A DNA stretch of 64,000 nt from assembly GCF_009914755.1 (NCBI RefSeq), contig NC_060927.1; one strand, given 5' to 3'. Shown piece after piece: positions 1-14,202 of this stretch (its first letter is position 1; every line of letters begins with the position of its first letter). Made by a program: the position numbers and the translations under genes. The notes under the pieces were generated by a model. It was not told the origin of the DNA. It searched no databases and worked only from the letters and a program-made list of their open reading frames with translations. This stretch comes from the human T2T-CHM13v2.0 reference genome, Homo sapiens.

Positions 1-1185
1 CTTTAAAGTTATATATACCTTTAATGTAATTCTTATTATAATTCTAGAAAATATTTTTATGGATATAGATGAGATTATTCTAAGATTTATATGGAAAACA
101 AAAATATTAAATAAATTAGAAAATTCAAAAAGATAAATAAAATCGAAAGAAAACTCTTTCTAATATTAAGGCTTAAGGAAAGATACAGTAATCAGTATTA
201 TGTAATATTGGCAGAGTAATAGACACGTAAAAGAACCTGAATGTAGACTCATAAAAGTATAGCCAGTTGATTTTTTACAACAGGTACAAAATGAATTCAA
301 TGGAGGAAGGATACTTTTTCAATAAATATGGCTAGAGAAACTGGATACCAAAGCAGTAAATTAATTAATTAAAATATCAAAACTTACAAAGGAAAACATA
401 GAGGAGAATCTTTAGGATTTAGGGTTTGATGAAGAGTTTATAGATATGATATCAAATTCATGATTCATACAATTTTTAAATGATTTATTCGATTTCAAAT
501 TACAAATTTCAAAATTACAAATGCTTACCTTGCAAGAATTCTGTTAAGATGAAAAGACAAGATACAGACTAGGGAAAAAACACATATCTAAATTAGGTCT
601 CCTATTTAGAATATATAAAGAACTCTTTAAATTCAACAGTTAAAATTTCATTAAAGAGGCTATACAGTTGACAGATAAATGCATGAAACCATGTTTATCA
701 TTATGGCCTACTAGAGAAACACAATTAAGACCATAATGAGGTACTGTTAAACACATATTAAAATAGCTAAAATAAAAAATTTTGACAATATTAAATGTCG
801 AATGAATGCAGAGAAACTGAATTGCTAAAAATGGCTGGGGAGAATCCAAACTTGTATATCTACTCTTTTAAAAGGCTTAACATTGTCTTAAGTAACTACA
901 CATACTGTTAACATACAACCAAGCAATCACACTCATGAACATTTACCCTGGAGAAAGGAAAATTTATTTACACACACACACACACACACACACCCTGACA
1001 CACAAATGAATTGCATGAATGTTCATAGCAGGTTTTTTCTGTAATAGCCAATAATTATAAACAACCATGTATTTGGTACATTAATGATAACAGAAATTGT
1101 AGTACAACTACGCTATGGAATATTACTCAGCAACAACAAGGCATGCACTATTGATACACACAACAGCTTGGGTAAATCTCAAGAA
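1..1185 (+). mobile_element. Ancient L1 (L1MC/L1MD-like), ORF2 3' part and 3' UTR, left piece
   Basis: Decayed ORF2 landmarks in order (attctaagatttatatggaaa, ttttcaataaatatggctagagaaactgg, aagacaagatacagactaggg, gaatgttcatagcag). Continues after the MLT1 insertion. Confidence 0.75.
970..993. repeat. (CA)n microsatellite
   Basis: About 12 CA units seen directly. Confidence 0.95.
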
Positions 1186-1580
1186 CTATTTTAGTCTGCT
1201 TAGACTGCCATAACTAAATACCATAGATTGGGTGACAAAAACAACAGAATTTGTTTTTATATATATATATAGTTTTGGAATCCAGAAGTACAAGATCAGG
1301 GTACCAGCATGGTTGGATTCTGCTGAGGGCTCTCTTTGTGACTTGCACATGACCACCCTTTCACTGAGTGTTCCCGCAGCCTTATCTTGTGTGTAGAGAG
1401 AGAGCAAGCTCTCTGATGTCTCTTCTTATAAAGGGATTAATCCCATCATGGGGGCCCCACACACTTGGCTTCATCTAACCCTAATTACCTCCCAAAGATC
1501 TCATCTCCAAATACCATCACCTTGGGAGTAAGCAGTTCAATATATACATCTGAAGTGGGGGAAAACATTCAGTTATAAAA
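1186..1580 (-). mobile_element. MaLR solo LTR (MLT1A-like) inserted in the L1
   Basis: ttagtctgcttagactgccataac...ccagaagtacaagatcagggtaccagcatgg...ctcatctccaaataccatcac matches the reverse complement of an MLT1A LTR. Confidence 0.8.
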
Positions 1581-2070
1581 GAGGCATAAATGTTAAGTGA
1601 AAACAGCCAACCTCAAAAGCTCATACCCTGTAAGCTTCTATTTATTAACATTATTAAATTATAACATTTTTAATATAATATTACATTATTTAAAATGATA
1701 AAATTATGGATATAGAGAACACATTAATGATGGCATGGCTTTAAGGAGGGGTGAGCGGGGCTAGTGGACAAGGTGGTTTTTATGACTATAAAGGGAGAGT
1801 AAAAGGGAGATCTTTTTGGTGATGAAATAGTTCCTTATCTTCATTGTGATGGTGATTACATGAATCTACACAGGTGATACAACGGCGTAAAACTATACAC
1901 ACTCTTTGCACCAATGTCCATTTACTTGTTCTGATACTATACTACAGTTACCTAAGGTATAACTGTTTAGAGGAACTGGGTAAAGAGTACATAGACCCTG
2001 TCTACTGGTTATGCAACTTTCTGTGAATAAATAATTTTTTCAAAATAAAAGTTACAAAAATAATAAAAAC
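1581..2070 (+). mobile_element. Ancient L1MC/L1MD 3' UTR, right piece
   Basis: Typical L1MC end ...aactgggtaaagagtac...gcaactttctgtgaa...tcaaaataaaagtt followed by an A-rich tail. Confidence 0.75.
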
Positions 2071-2242
2071 AAATGTTGGGAAGACAGGTGAGGCAGACGA
2101 CTGTTCTTCTGAGGCACAGTGCACTGTGAGAGCCCATGAAAAGACGAAGGCAAATGACATTTGGAAATGCAGTACATTGCGTTGGCCAATGTTTTGTTTT
2201 GAGCTTAGTCAAGCTTACGCTGAATCCTAGTCAGGACAGTTA

Positions 2243-4599
2243 CAGGCATACCTTAGAGATATTGTGGATTAGGTTCCAGACCACTGCGATAAAGAGAGTG
2301 TCACAATAAAGCAGGTCACACACTTTTTTGCTTTCTCGGTGCATATAAAAGTAATGTTTATATTTTATTATACTCTGTTAAGTATGCAATAGCATTGTGC
2401 TTAAAAAACAATGTACATACCCTAATTTCAAGATGTTCTTTGCTAAAAATGTGAATGATTGTCTGAGCATTCGGCAAGTCATACTCATTTTGCTGCTGGA
2501 GGATCTTACCTCCATGCTGGCGGCTATTTACTGATTAGAATGGTGGTTGCTGAAGGTTGGGATGGCTGTGCCAATTTCTTAAGATAAGGCAACAATGAAG
2601 ATTGCTGTAACCACTGACTATTTCTTTTAGAAAGATTTTTCTGTAGAATGTGATGTTTTTGATAGCATTTTATCCATAGCAGAACTTCTTTTAAAATTGG
2701 AGTAAATCTTCTTAGACCCTGAAGCTGAATTATCAAAGTGGTATAGGTAATATACTGTATTTATTGCTGTCATTTCAACAATGTCTACATCATCACCAGG
2801 AATAGATTCCATCTCAAAAAGCATTTTCTTTGCTCATCCGCAAGAGGCAACTCCTCATGTGTTCAAATTTTATCACAAAATTGGAGCAATTCAGTCACAT
2901 CTTCAGGTTTCATTTCTATTTCTCTTGTTATTTCCACCACATCTGCAGCTACTTCCTCCACTGAAGTCTTGAACCCCTCAAAGTTATCCGTGAGGGTTGG
3001 AATCGACTTCTTCCACGTGTTGATACTGGTATTTTGACTTTATCTCATGAATTATCAATGTTCATAAAGGCATCTAGAATGGTGAATTCTTCCCAGAATT
3101 TTCTCAATTTATTTGCCTAGATCTATCAGAGAAATTCCTATATGTGGCAGCTATAGCCTTATGAAATATATTTTTAAAATAAGACTTGAAAGTGGAAATT
3201 GCTCCTTGATCCATGGGCTGCAATATGGATACTGTGTTAACAGGCATGAAAACAACATTAATCTCCTTGTAAATCTCCATCAGAGATCTTGGGTGACCAG
3301 CTGTGTTGCCAATGAGCTGCAATATTTTGAAAGGTATATGGTTTTTTTTGTTGTTGCTTTTGAATAGTAGTCTTCAATAGTGGGCTTAAAATATTCAGCT
3401 AACCATTCTGTAAACAGGTGTGCTATCATCTAAGCATTGTTATTCCATTTATAGAGCACAGGCAGAGTAGATTCAGCATAATTCTTAAGGGCCGTAGGAT
3501 TTTTGAAAGGGTAAGTGAGCACTGGCTTCAGCTTAAAGTCACCAGCTGCATTAGTCCCTAACAAGAGAGTCAGCCTGTCCTTTGAGGATAGGCACTGACA
3601 TCCCATCTCTAGCTAAGAAAGTCCTACATAGCATCTTCTTCCAATATAAGGCTGTTTAATCTACCTTGAAAATTAGCCATTTAGTGTAGCCAGTTTCATC
3701 TATTATCTTAGCTAGATTTCTGGATAATTTGTTGCAGCTTCTACATTAGCATTTGATACTTATTCTTAGACTTTTATGTTACGGAAATAGCGTATTTTTT
3801 AAAAACTCATGAACCAACCTCTGATCATTTCAAAGTTTGTTTCCCCACCTTCTTCACTTCTCTCAGCCTTTATCGAACTGAACAGTTGGGGTCTTGCTCA
3901 ATTAGCCTTTGGTTTAAGAAAATGTTGTGGCTGGTTTGATCTCCTATCTAGAACACTAAAACTTTCTTCATATCAGCACTAAGGCTTCTTATTATTTGTG
4001 TATTCACTGGAGTGACACTTTTAATTTTTTTCAAAAGCTTTCTATTTGCATTCACAACTAGGCTGTTTGGTGCAAGAGGCCTAGCTTTGTCCTATTTTGG
4101 CTTTTGATATGCTTTTCTCACCAAGCTTAATAATTCTATGTTTTGATTTAAAGTCAGATACTTGTGACTCTTCCTTTCACTTGAATACTTATAGGCCATT
4201 GTAGGGTTATTAATTGGCCTAATTTTAATATTGGTCTGCTGCGGGAAATAGGGAGGTGTGGGGAGAGAGAGAACCAACCGGCCAGTTGGTGGAGCGGTCA
4301 TAATATGCACAGTTCACTGCCTAATATGGGTGCAGTCCCTGGGTTCCCAAAACAATTACAATAGTAGCAGCAAAGATCATTGATCATGGATCACCATAAT
4401 AAATATAATAATATGAAAAAGTTTGAAATGCTACCAGAGTTATCAAAATGTGACACAGAGACATAATGAGCACAAGCTGTTGGAAAAATTGTGCCATTAG
4501 ACTTACTTGAGGCAGGATTGCCACAAAACTTCAATTTGTAAAAAACACAGTATCTGTGAAGTGCAACGAAGTGAACTGCAATAAAATGAAGTGTGCCTG
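2243..4599 (-). mobile_element. Tigger1 DNA transposon (TcMar-Tigger), near full length
   Basis: Termini caggcatacc.../...gtgtgcctg, each flanked by TA (2241-2242, 4600-4601). Length is 2357 bp, with transposase remnants inside. Confidence 0.95.
2627..4199 (-). pseudogene. Disrupted Tigger1 pogo-type DDE transposase
   Basis: N-terminus MAYKYSSERKSHKYLTLNQ (ATG at 4199), DDE-region motif [17 protein letters not shown] (ORF 3104-3322) and C-terminal FEMESIPGDDVDIVEMT (ORF 2627-2824), broken by stops and frameshifts. Confidence 0.9.
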
Positions 4600-4680
4600 T
4601 AAAGGGCTTGAGAATTACATGAACACAGGTCAAAGAAAATGGAAATCTTTAGAAACAGATGAGAATAAGTGGGTAGATGT

Positions 4681-5018
4681 TGCTATGGCTTAATTGGTTG
4701 TCTCTTCTAAAACTCATGTTAAAATTCAGCTGTCTTTGTAACAGTGTTAAAAAGTGGGACCTCGAAGGGGTGATTAGGCCATGAGGGCTTTGTCCTTATG
4801 GGTGAAGTTAATGCAACTGTAAAAAGGCAAGTCTGGCCCCTCCTTTCTCTCTTGCTTTTTTGCCATGTGTTGACACAGCAAGAAGGCTCTCACCAGATGC
4901 ATGTGCTTTGATTCTGGGCTTCCAGCCTCTAGAATTGTGAGACATTACTGTTTTATTCTTTTCATAAATTATCCAATCTCAGGTATTCTGTTAGGACAGC
5001 GGGAAATTAAGAAAGATA
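4681..5018 (+). mobile_element. MaLR solo LTR (MST-type)
   Basis: Starts tgctatgg; internal gtgattaggccatgagggc and gcaagaaggctctcaccagatgc; ends ataaattatccaatctcaggtattctgtta. Confidence 0.8.
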
Positions 5019-5278
5019 TTGGGGCAAGTTGAGCCTAAGGAACAAAGGCAGAGATGATGCTGTTTAAGTCAGAAATAACTTCAGGAAAATATTGCCATGT
5101 TCTAGGTAAGTCCTTGATGAGGAAAGTTGAGAAGATTCATTCACTTTCTCGAGGCTCACTCAGGCATTACTACTTTGTTTTTAAGACACTCTGATTATAA
5201 ATGGATGGACTCTTATTCCTTTTAGATGTGAAGGATTCAATAAATAGCCTCCAGATTTCAGATTCTTCACTAAATGAC

Positions 5279-5581
5279 TTTTTTTTTTTTTTTTTTTTGA
5301 GACGGAGTCTTGCTCTGTTGCAAGGCTGGAGTACATGCAGTGGTGCGATCTCAGCTCACTGCAACCTCCACCCACCAGATTCAAGCGATTCTCCTGCCTC
5401 AGCCTCCTGAGTAGCTGGGACAACAGGTTTGCATCACCACACCCAACTAATTTTTGTATTTTTAGTAGAGACGGGGTTTCACCGCGTTGGCCAGGATGGT
5501 CTTGATCTCTTGACCTCGTGAACCGCCCTCCTCGGCCTCCCACAGCGCTGGGATTACAGGAGTGAGCCACCCTGCCCGGCC
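5279..5581 (-). mobile_element. Alu (AluSc-like)
   Basis: Poly-T then gagacggagtcttgct...gccaggatggtcttgatctcttgacctcgtga...gcccggcc. Confidence 0.95.
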
Positions 5582-8500
5582 TAAAAGAATCTTTTTTAAA
5601 GACGACATTTTTCTCCCTCGGGCTTTCACAAGATTTATACAAATTCCATGGCCCTGAACTGAGATGATTGTGGTGGGATCTTGAACCCTTCTCACACAAC
5701 AGTTCTGTTTCTGGGGATCCCATCTCCATTAAATGATGACTATGTGAATTAAAGAGGGTTCTAGTAAAAACTGAGTAAAGTATTAATTGCTAAGTATTTT
5801 CTTTTCTTTAACCTTGTATGTTATGCTGTCTGGAGCAGATGGTCAGATGACTGGTACCTTCGCACAATGTCACTAGTCATCATCACTGTGTCATTTGAAG
5901 GGTCACTTTCATCCTGTTTATTTCCCTTTCCCTCTCTCTTCACGTACGTTTTTATTTCATGTATGACAAAAATCCCTGATATTCTTTTGTGCTTTTTTTT
6001 ACTTGCTATGGAAATCTTTCTTGATAGGAAAAGAAAAAAAAAAGTAATAAAGAGCTTGTGATGTATGAAGTGACTAATGAAGTGTTAAACTCAACAACCG
6101 GTTTCTTTAAAATTCTCGAGGCATGAAATGTATATTTTTCTCATCAGTAGTCATCTCGTGCAATTACCAATTTTAAAAATTAAGGTACTCAGGGCAAGCT
6201 TCCATCGTATGACACTTAAGGAAACAGCCATTAAGCTGTGTATTCTGTTACTTGTATTGCACATAAAATATAACGGTAATTTATTTAATTAAATGGTACC
6301 AAATCAATGCTGATTCATAAATAAAATTGGTAATTTATAGATGCTTCTTGAGTCTTCTACTAACCTGTCAAGTCAGCTCTTTGAAGTACTGTATTTGGTG
6401 CTGCACCTTTTATTCTTACACATTTTTTCTTCTCTTTAGTTCCTCTGTTAGAAAATCTGTTGAGTAACATATGTGTAAGATCCACTGCTAACAAAATTTA
6501 CATGTTCCATTGCAGTAGAATATTCTTAAAAAAATGGAAAGTCTGATAGGCAATGGCATTTTAAAGGGAAAATGCAGTCAATTTAGGAAGAAATACTCAA
6601 TGTGCAGGACTAAAGTGTGTGTGCTGGAAAGCATAAGAGAGAGTGGACAATAGAGAACACATTCCATTTTGTAAGATCAGCGAGAACATATTTTGAATAT
6701 AAGAACTGTACCTTCTCCTGAGCAAATACTAAATTCTCAAATCTTATCATTTAATATTCTCCCTGATTTTTACCATAGGAATGATATGCCTACATAGTTT
6801 TACATTTAAATTCATGTGCCTATCAGTAATATTCATTACTATTACTCACAGATGATGATGCTATATTTAACTGTCCATATGGAATTTCAGAAAAGTCTGT
6901 GTATCCTTTCAAATAAAGATACTTTATTGTGAAAACTTTGGTCGGTGAACCTTCATGATAAATTTGCAAACACTCTATGAAGCATAAATTCTAAAGTATT
7001 TTTATAAAATCCTCAATCAATAAATCACAGTAAATGCTACAAGTTGGCAAAGCATAGCTGTGCCTTCTGTGTGATTGGCATCCATTCCGTTTTACAAGCT
7101 AGATATGCTGTGTGGATGATGCAATGAGAGACGCAGTGGATTTTTTTTTTAATCCACACAAATATTAACATGCTGAGCTTGAATTACAGTTTGAAAACAA
7201 TTCAATTCACAAGGTAGTATGACTACTTAACAAAGCAAATTTAAATGTGAATAATTTATTTTTTAGAAGTGGTTTAGAGCATAATTGAAGCCATGTTTTA
7301 TTGCATTTATTTTCACCTTTGAAAAATTATCTATCAAATTAAAATGAGTCATAATTTTAATAAGTACATTATAAATGAATAACAACTGGTAAAAATGCAT
7401 GTAGATTTTTATTGTCTTCAAAATCAAGAACATAAAGACAAATTAGGGATTGTCAACTTATTTAAATGCTGTGAAACATTTAACTTGAAAATCAACTTGT
7501 ACACAGAAACAGATGCAATATTCTAATATATCTATCAAACTTAACCTGAAATGCTTAGTAAAGTAGATTAGTTTTGAAAAATAATAATAGCTTTTCCAAT
7601 TATCTAATTTAATAAGTGTATACAAATTTTTATAGGAAGATATATCAGACCTTTTTATCTTTTGGATTGTCTTAAAATATGTATGTTGTTACTTTTATTT
7701 TATTAAAAAAACCTACTGGATATTTAGCCGTCTTCTAATTCATTTTTTGTCACTGAACAAAAGCCACCATCTTAGAATTACTGATAATCTGATTCCAATC
7801 TTTTTTCTTTTTTCAATAATGTATGATATAAAATCAACATATATTATTATAAGAATTGAAGCTATATTGATATTTTCAGGGAGATTTGTGAACTGAGTTG
7901 GGAGAAAAATAAAGGAAAAAGATTAAAAATCAAAATGTGCATCAACATTTGTAAAAAGACTGTGACTTAAAAAGAAAGACAGTAAGTTGTTAAGAAATCA
8001 TTTAAAAAGAGGCAGCTGTCTAGTGGGCTTGATCGAGGCATCAAGCATTACGACAGAAAAAAGGAGAGCTCCGGGGAAGGCGGGCAGTATTTCTTGAACA
8101 GCTATCTTGGATTTGAATGAAGTCTCAGGTTTCCATGATTCTTAGTTAAATCAGTATTCATATATACTACCTGATAGAAAAATTACATATATATTTTTTC
8201 CAATTTGTATCTGAATTTTGGCGTTTTAATTTCTGTTATTTGCTGGACAAACTTCAAACAAACATTCCAAAGTAAAATAAGTGAGTTCCTTTAACTTCCA
8301 GTGCTTTTAAATCTTTAAATGAATTAAAGATCCATGGAAGTTTGGCAGTAGACATTCTTCTCTACATAGGGAAACCAAATCTTGGATACATTTACTCAAC
8401 CATGGCTCTCTGTAAAATCTTGTTAATCTATGAGAAATTGATCTTTAGCCTTTCTGAGACTATATTCTCCCCGATGAAAAGAGAAGGGGAAATAGACTAC

Positions 8501-9243
8501 TCTCTTTAGTATGTCATTCCCAGTGTATGAGATATTTGAAAAAATAATTTCCTATTCACATCTTCCATGTAAATTAATCTCCTTTCCTTTTGTATTTTAT
8601 TGTTCAGTTTACAAAATGTTATTGAAAATGTGTTTTTTTCATATTAACAACAAAAATATCAGTCAGTGCAATTGTTTCCAAATAATTTCTTTGTTAATTG
8701 AGATAAAATTTATTTTTTTACCTTTCACATTATGCTCCAAATTAAGCTTAAATTTTATCAGTACGGTTTTAATTCTATCAAGATCATCTTTTCATAAATC
8801 TATAAATCTTTATTGGTTTGATCTCTTTCTCTTCATTCGTTTGTACTTTATACAAAAGTCAATTTAATATAAATTAGTTATTAATATTAGAATAAATAAA
8901 TTTAGATTTAATTCAATGAAGATAGTTTATCTCTTACTGTCATTTTGAATTATTTACACAACTCTTCTCCACCAAAATATCATAACACATTCAAATGCTA
9001 CATTAACGTGCTAAAAACTTATAAAGTTACCTTTCATTCACCAAGAGTGCACGTAACTAAGAATATAGCAAACTAACAGTCAAAATCTGAGTAGGCTCAC
9101 GAGGGTTACTCATGTAAATATGTGTTACTGTGGGGCAAAAAGGTGAAGAACCACGGATCTAACTTAGCCTCAGATAATTCTATAAAAGATTATTGACTAA
9201 TATGTTTGTATTCTCTTGTAAACACATCCTTGCCAAGAAAGTA

Positions 9244-10043
<800 letters not shown>

Positions 10044-11659
10044 GTGGAATATATCAAATATATGTTTATGTAGAATTATCTGAAGGTGATTTGATACATG
10101 ATTCATTTCTAAAACCAAAAGCAAATTGTTGAAAATGCTACAACATCCACTTTAGAATAAATTAATGTTCTATTTGGTCTACATTAAATACATTATATTT
10201 TAGCTTTATAAATTCTATGGACAATGTGATTATATAGGGCAATCTTACAGTTATCACTATAAAATGAATTAAATATGTAAAATGTATAGTCAATTAAAAT
10301 TTTATTTCCATCTTTTATCATTTATTAGAGAAAATTCAATTCAATATTTCTGATTGCCAATAATCTTTTCTATCCTTGTTTCTATTATATTCAACATGAA
10401 TGTATCATATACTCTGTGAAACTCCTCTTTCACCAGCTTACCCCCAAAGCAGAACAAACTTCTTTCTGCTCCAACCTGTTAGATTTTACTCTCTCCTCTA
10501 GAACCTTATTGTGTGTGTTAACTCTTTTTAAAATTATAAATCTCTTTCTCTCTCAGGTTCTATGCTTTTCTTGTCCACTAAATATTACCATAAAAATTTA
10601 AACACTTTTTGAAGGAGGGTGGAGATAAAAGTAGAAGAGATTAGGTTGGTTAGGTAAATTGATAATTACAGCATCCTCTTCAGTCCACTGATAGACTGTG
10701 AGGAGATATTTGTGGCTCTTTTTATGTTAATGTATTCATGTAATTTTATCTAATATGATTAACTAGGTTTAGTTCTTTTTGGCCAAAGAAATAATGACAG
10801 TCCTTCTCAGGTGGCTCACATAATAGTTCCCAACTTGCCAATTCTTTCTTCTCTGGGTCCCATATTGAAAATTGCCTTATCTTGCTGCATCAGAATATGG
10901 TTTTTGGAAAGTTTAAATTAAATTCGCTGGAAAACTTCTCAGTCTTTGCTAAATATTTCCCGACAACTCCGATTAGTGAAAAAGCCAAACGAATTATCAT
11001 TCATTTAATAAAAAGCCTTTGACTAGCTCTTGACCATCTACATGAACCAGTTATTTTGTTTGAATTTCAAAGGAGAAAAATAAAATGAATTGGATACATG
11101 TCCTATTTTAGAAACATTTAATGTATTAAAATGGGATGAGTACACATGATGATTTAGAGCGGGTTAATGTTACACGAGTCTGGAGTAGGAAGAAATTCTA
11201 CCTAGGGAAATCAATAAAAGCCGCCTATAGATTTCAATCAATAGGACTAAGACATCTTAAAGTAGAGAGAAAGCAAGTTAGACGGCAAGAAAACTGGAGG
11301 AGAAAAAGTGATAATATTAGAATTAAATATTAGAATTTAGTATTTCAGATATATTTATATGCAGTTCTCTCAGTTTTGTTCTTATCAACACGTTAGCTTT
11401 GTCCTCAAGTGGAGCTTCTTCATGGCAAAAAGATGGCAGCTATCAGCACCTGGGCTGTTATTTATCTTTGGAAGAAATGAAGTGGGAAACACCATAATCA
11501 ACCATAAAAAACAAACTCTTCTTTCTAGTCAGGTTGGCTCAATTTACATCCCTTGACTTCCCAAAGCTAGTGACTGTTTCAGAGGTACTCCCACACTGAT
11601 TTTCAACCATGCTCTGAAGACAGGAAAAAAGGTAAGCGCTTGATTAAAAGCGAAGTTTT

Positions 11660-11954
11660 GGCCGGGCGCGGTGGCTCACGCCTGTAATCTCAGCACTTCC
11701 GGAGGCCGAGGTCGGTGGATCACCTGAGGTCAGGAGTTCGAGACCAGCCCGGACAACATGGTAAAACCCATCTCTGCTAAAGATACAAACATTAGTTGGG
11801 CATGGTGGTACGCACCTGTAAGCCCAGCTACTCAGGAGGCTGAGGTGGGAGAATCGCACCGAGATCGCGCCACTGCACACCAGGCTGGGCAACAGAGTGA
11901 GAATCTGTCTCAATTAAAAAAAAAAAACAAAAAAAACAATAAATGAATAAAAAT
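11660..11954 (+). mobile_element. AluS with a ~30-bp deletion in the right arm
   Basis: Starts ggccgggcgcggtggctcacgcc; TSD aaaagcgaagtttt (11646-11659) / aaaagtggagtttt (11955-11968); gaatcgc is joined directly to accgagatcgc. Confidence 0.95.
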
Positions 11955-12679
11955 AAAAGTGGAGTTTTGTCTAAAAGAGGTTTCCACAGGTGTGGGGCAC
12001 AAACGTTGACCTCATTCCGCATAATTTTTAGCCATAATATGCTAATTCAAAAACAACAAGAATAATAGATTGTATGTATTCTAAAATACTACAGAATGAC
12101 ACAAATAAAGTGGTAATCCAAGATTTTAGCATAGCCATAGGTTATAAGATGAACTGGAATTGGTAAGGTAAGGAGAGCTTGAGGCAGAAAGTGAAACACT
12201 AAGCAGTGATGAAGGAAACAGAATTAGCCAAGTGTCTATGAACATGGGGACAATAAAGAAAATATAAGATTCTTTTGGAAAACAATGTGAAGATTTTGAA
12301 GCCAGTTAGATTCAAGGGCAAGGAAAGTATGCTATGTTTGGCCAAACAATGATACAGTTATCAAAGATAGGTACCTTGTGAAGAAGGTGCTTTTCAGCAG
12401 CAGGGAGGTTGGTGAGTTAAGCTTTAGCTTGTTGATTTAAAGGAATGAAAGGATCTTCTTTTAGGGAAATCCCACAAACTCATGGAAAATGAAGAATAAA
12501 AACAATTTAAGGATGAAAGTGCATCAGACCAGGTTGGTTTTGAAGGAAAATCTGAAACCTTGAGTAATGGAAAGGAGAAAATAGAGAGTTTTCTGAATGA
12601 GAAATAGCTTATAACAGATTTATTAAATATGTTCCTTAGTACTCTTCTTAGTGGTGACATAAGATGTATATGACATCCA

Positions 12680-13030
12680 CATAAACATATATACATAGTC
12701 CTATACAGAATGTTAACATATAGCATATAAACATACAAACGTATATGTTTTATGCTATGTATATGTTTTATGATATGTAAATATATATGTTTTATGCTAA
12801 GAAAACAAGTTTTATGCTATATAAACATAGATACATGTGAGAATTTTGAAGCCAGTTAGATTCAAGGGCAAGGGAACATACAAACATATAAGAACATGTA
12901 TGTTTATATATGTTTACATGTTGTGGCACATAAATATCTATGTTTATATGTTGTAGCACATAAATATATATACATAATAATATATACTCATATATTTTAT
13001 ATAAATATTAGTATTTATATAAATAAATAC
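12680..13030. repeat. TA/TATG-rich low-complexity tract
   Basis: Degenerate tatatg/tatgtttt repeats seen directly. Confidence 0.8.
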
Positions 13031-13040
13031 AACACAACCT

Positions 13041-13343
13041 TGTCTTAGTAATTGGGCTGCTACAACAAAGTGCCACAGAAGAGGTAACTTATAATAAACA
13101 GCAAGTTTTTTGTCATAGTTCTGGAGCTTAAGAAGGCCAAGATCAAGGTGTCTTCTGAGGGCCTGCTTCATGATTCATAGAGGGTGCCTTTTCACTGGGT
13201 CCTCACATGGTGTAAGGAGCAAGGGAACTTTTTTTGGCTTCTTTTTTAAAGTCACTAATACCATTCAAGATGACTTAATCACTTCTCAGAGGATCCATTT
13301 TGAAATGCCATCATATTGAATATTACATTTTCAGACAGTAGCA
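13041..13343 (-). mobile_element. MaLR solo LTR (MSTD/MLT1A-like)
   Basis: tgtcttagt...gggctgctacaacaaagtgccacag...caagatcaaggtg...cctcacatggtg...ttcagacagtagca. Confidence 0.8.
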
Positions 13344-13716
13344 AGCATACACTCAATTAAGAGAGAAGATTGTAAATTTGTACTGTGATTTTCAAATGAA
13401 AATTAAAATTGAAGTGTTTTTATTAGCATAAATTTATATTTTCATTTCTTTGCTTTCATGGAATATCTTGGTTCTAATAATATAATTACCTACTTCATTT
13501 ATATTCAACATGCATATAATTTCAAAATAGTAGTATCAATTTTGTCACCAAAAATAGAGACTAATAAATGAAATTTGAGCAATCTTTTTCTTAAGATTAT
13601 TCAAAAACTTATGTGGTACTCTCAAACAGCTAACACATATGGAGCATTTCTTCTCTTTGTGATTATGTCACCAAGTTTATATATAATTAAGGTCATCTAT
13701 TTCTATTCGAGTTGGT

Positions 13717-14032
13717 TTTTATTTTTATTTTTATTTACTTTTTATTTTTTTGAGACAGAGTCTTGTTCTATCACCCAAGGTGAAGTGCAGTGGCATGATC
13801 TTAGCTCACTGCAACCTCCGCCTCCCGGTTCAAGCAACTCTCATGCCTCAGCCTCCCAAGAAGCTGGGATTATAGGGATGCACCACGACGCTTGGCTAAT
13901 GTTTTTATTTTTAGTAGAGATGAGGTTTTGCCATGTTGGCCAGGCTGATCTTGAACTCCTGGCCTCAAGTGATCTGCCCCCATCAAGCTACCAATGTGTT
14001 GGAATTACAAGCATGAGCCACCATACCCTGAC
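13717..14032 (-). mobile_element. Alu (AluJb/Sz-like)
   Basis: T-rich tail, gagacagagtcttg...ctcctggcctcaagtgatc...gagccacc. Confidence 0.92.
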
Positions 14033-14202
14033 TTAAATTTTGTTATCTGAGGAAAATATTTTTATTAATTTTAGTTATTTAAAAGATATAAAATTTTTAT
14101 AAAATGTAAATGATTCTAAAACAAATTATAAATCAATTTCTAGACATCTAACTTCTAAACATATACATCTATTTCTGTTCCCTTCATCCTCCTATAAGCA
14201 AA

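Noticed and set aside
5181-5729. 182-aa ORF and other Alu-overlapping ORFs (e.g. 13575-14036, 25516-25746, 26632-26853)
   Set aside because: These are translations of Alu sequence with no coding context.
11441-11460. tcagcacc REST/RE1-like site
   Set aside because: Only the left half matches; the GGACAG half is absent.
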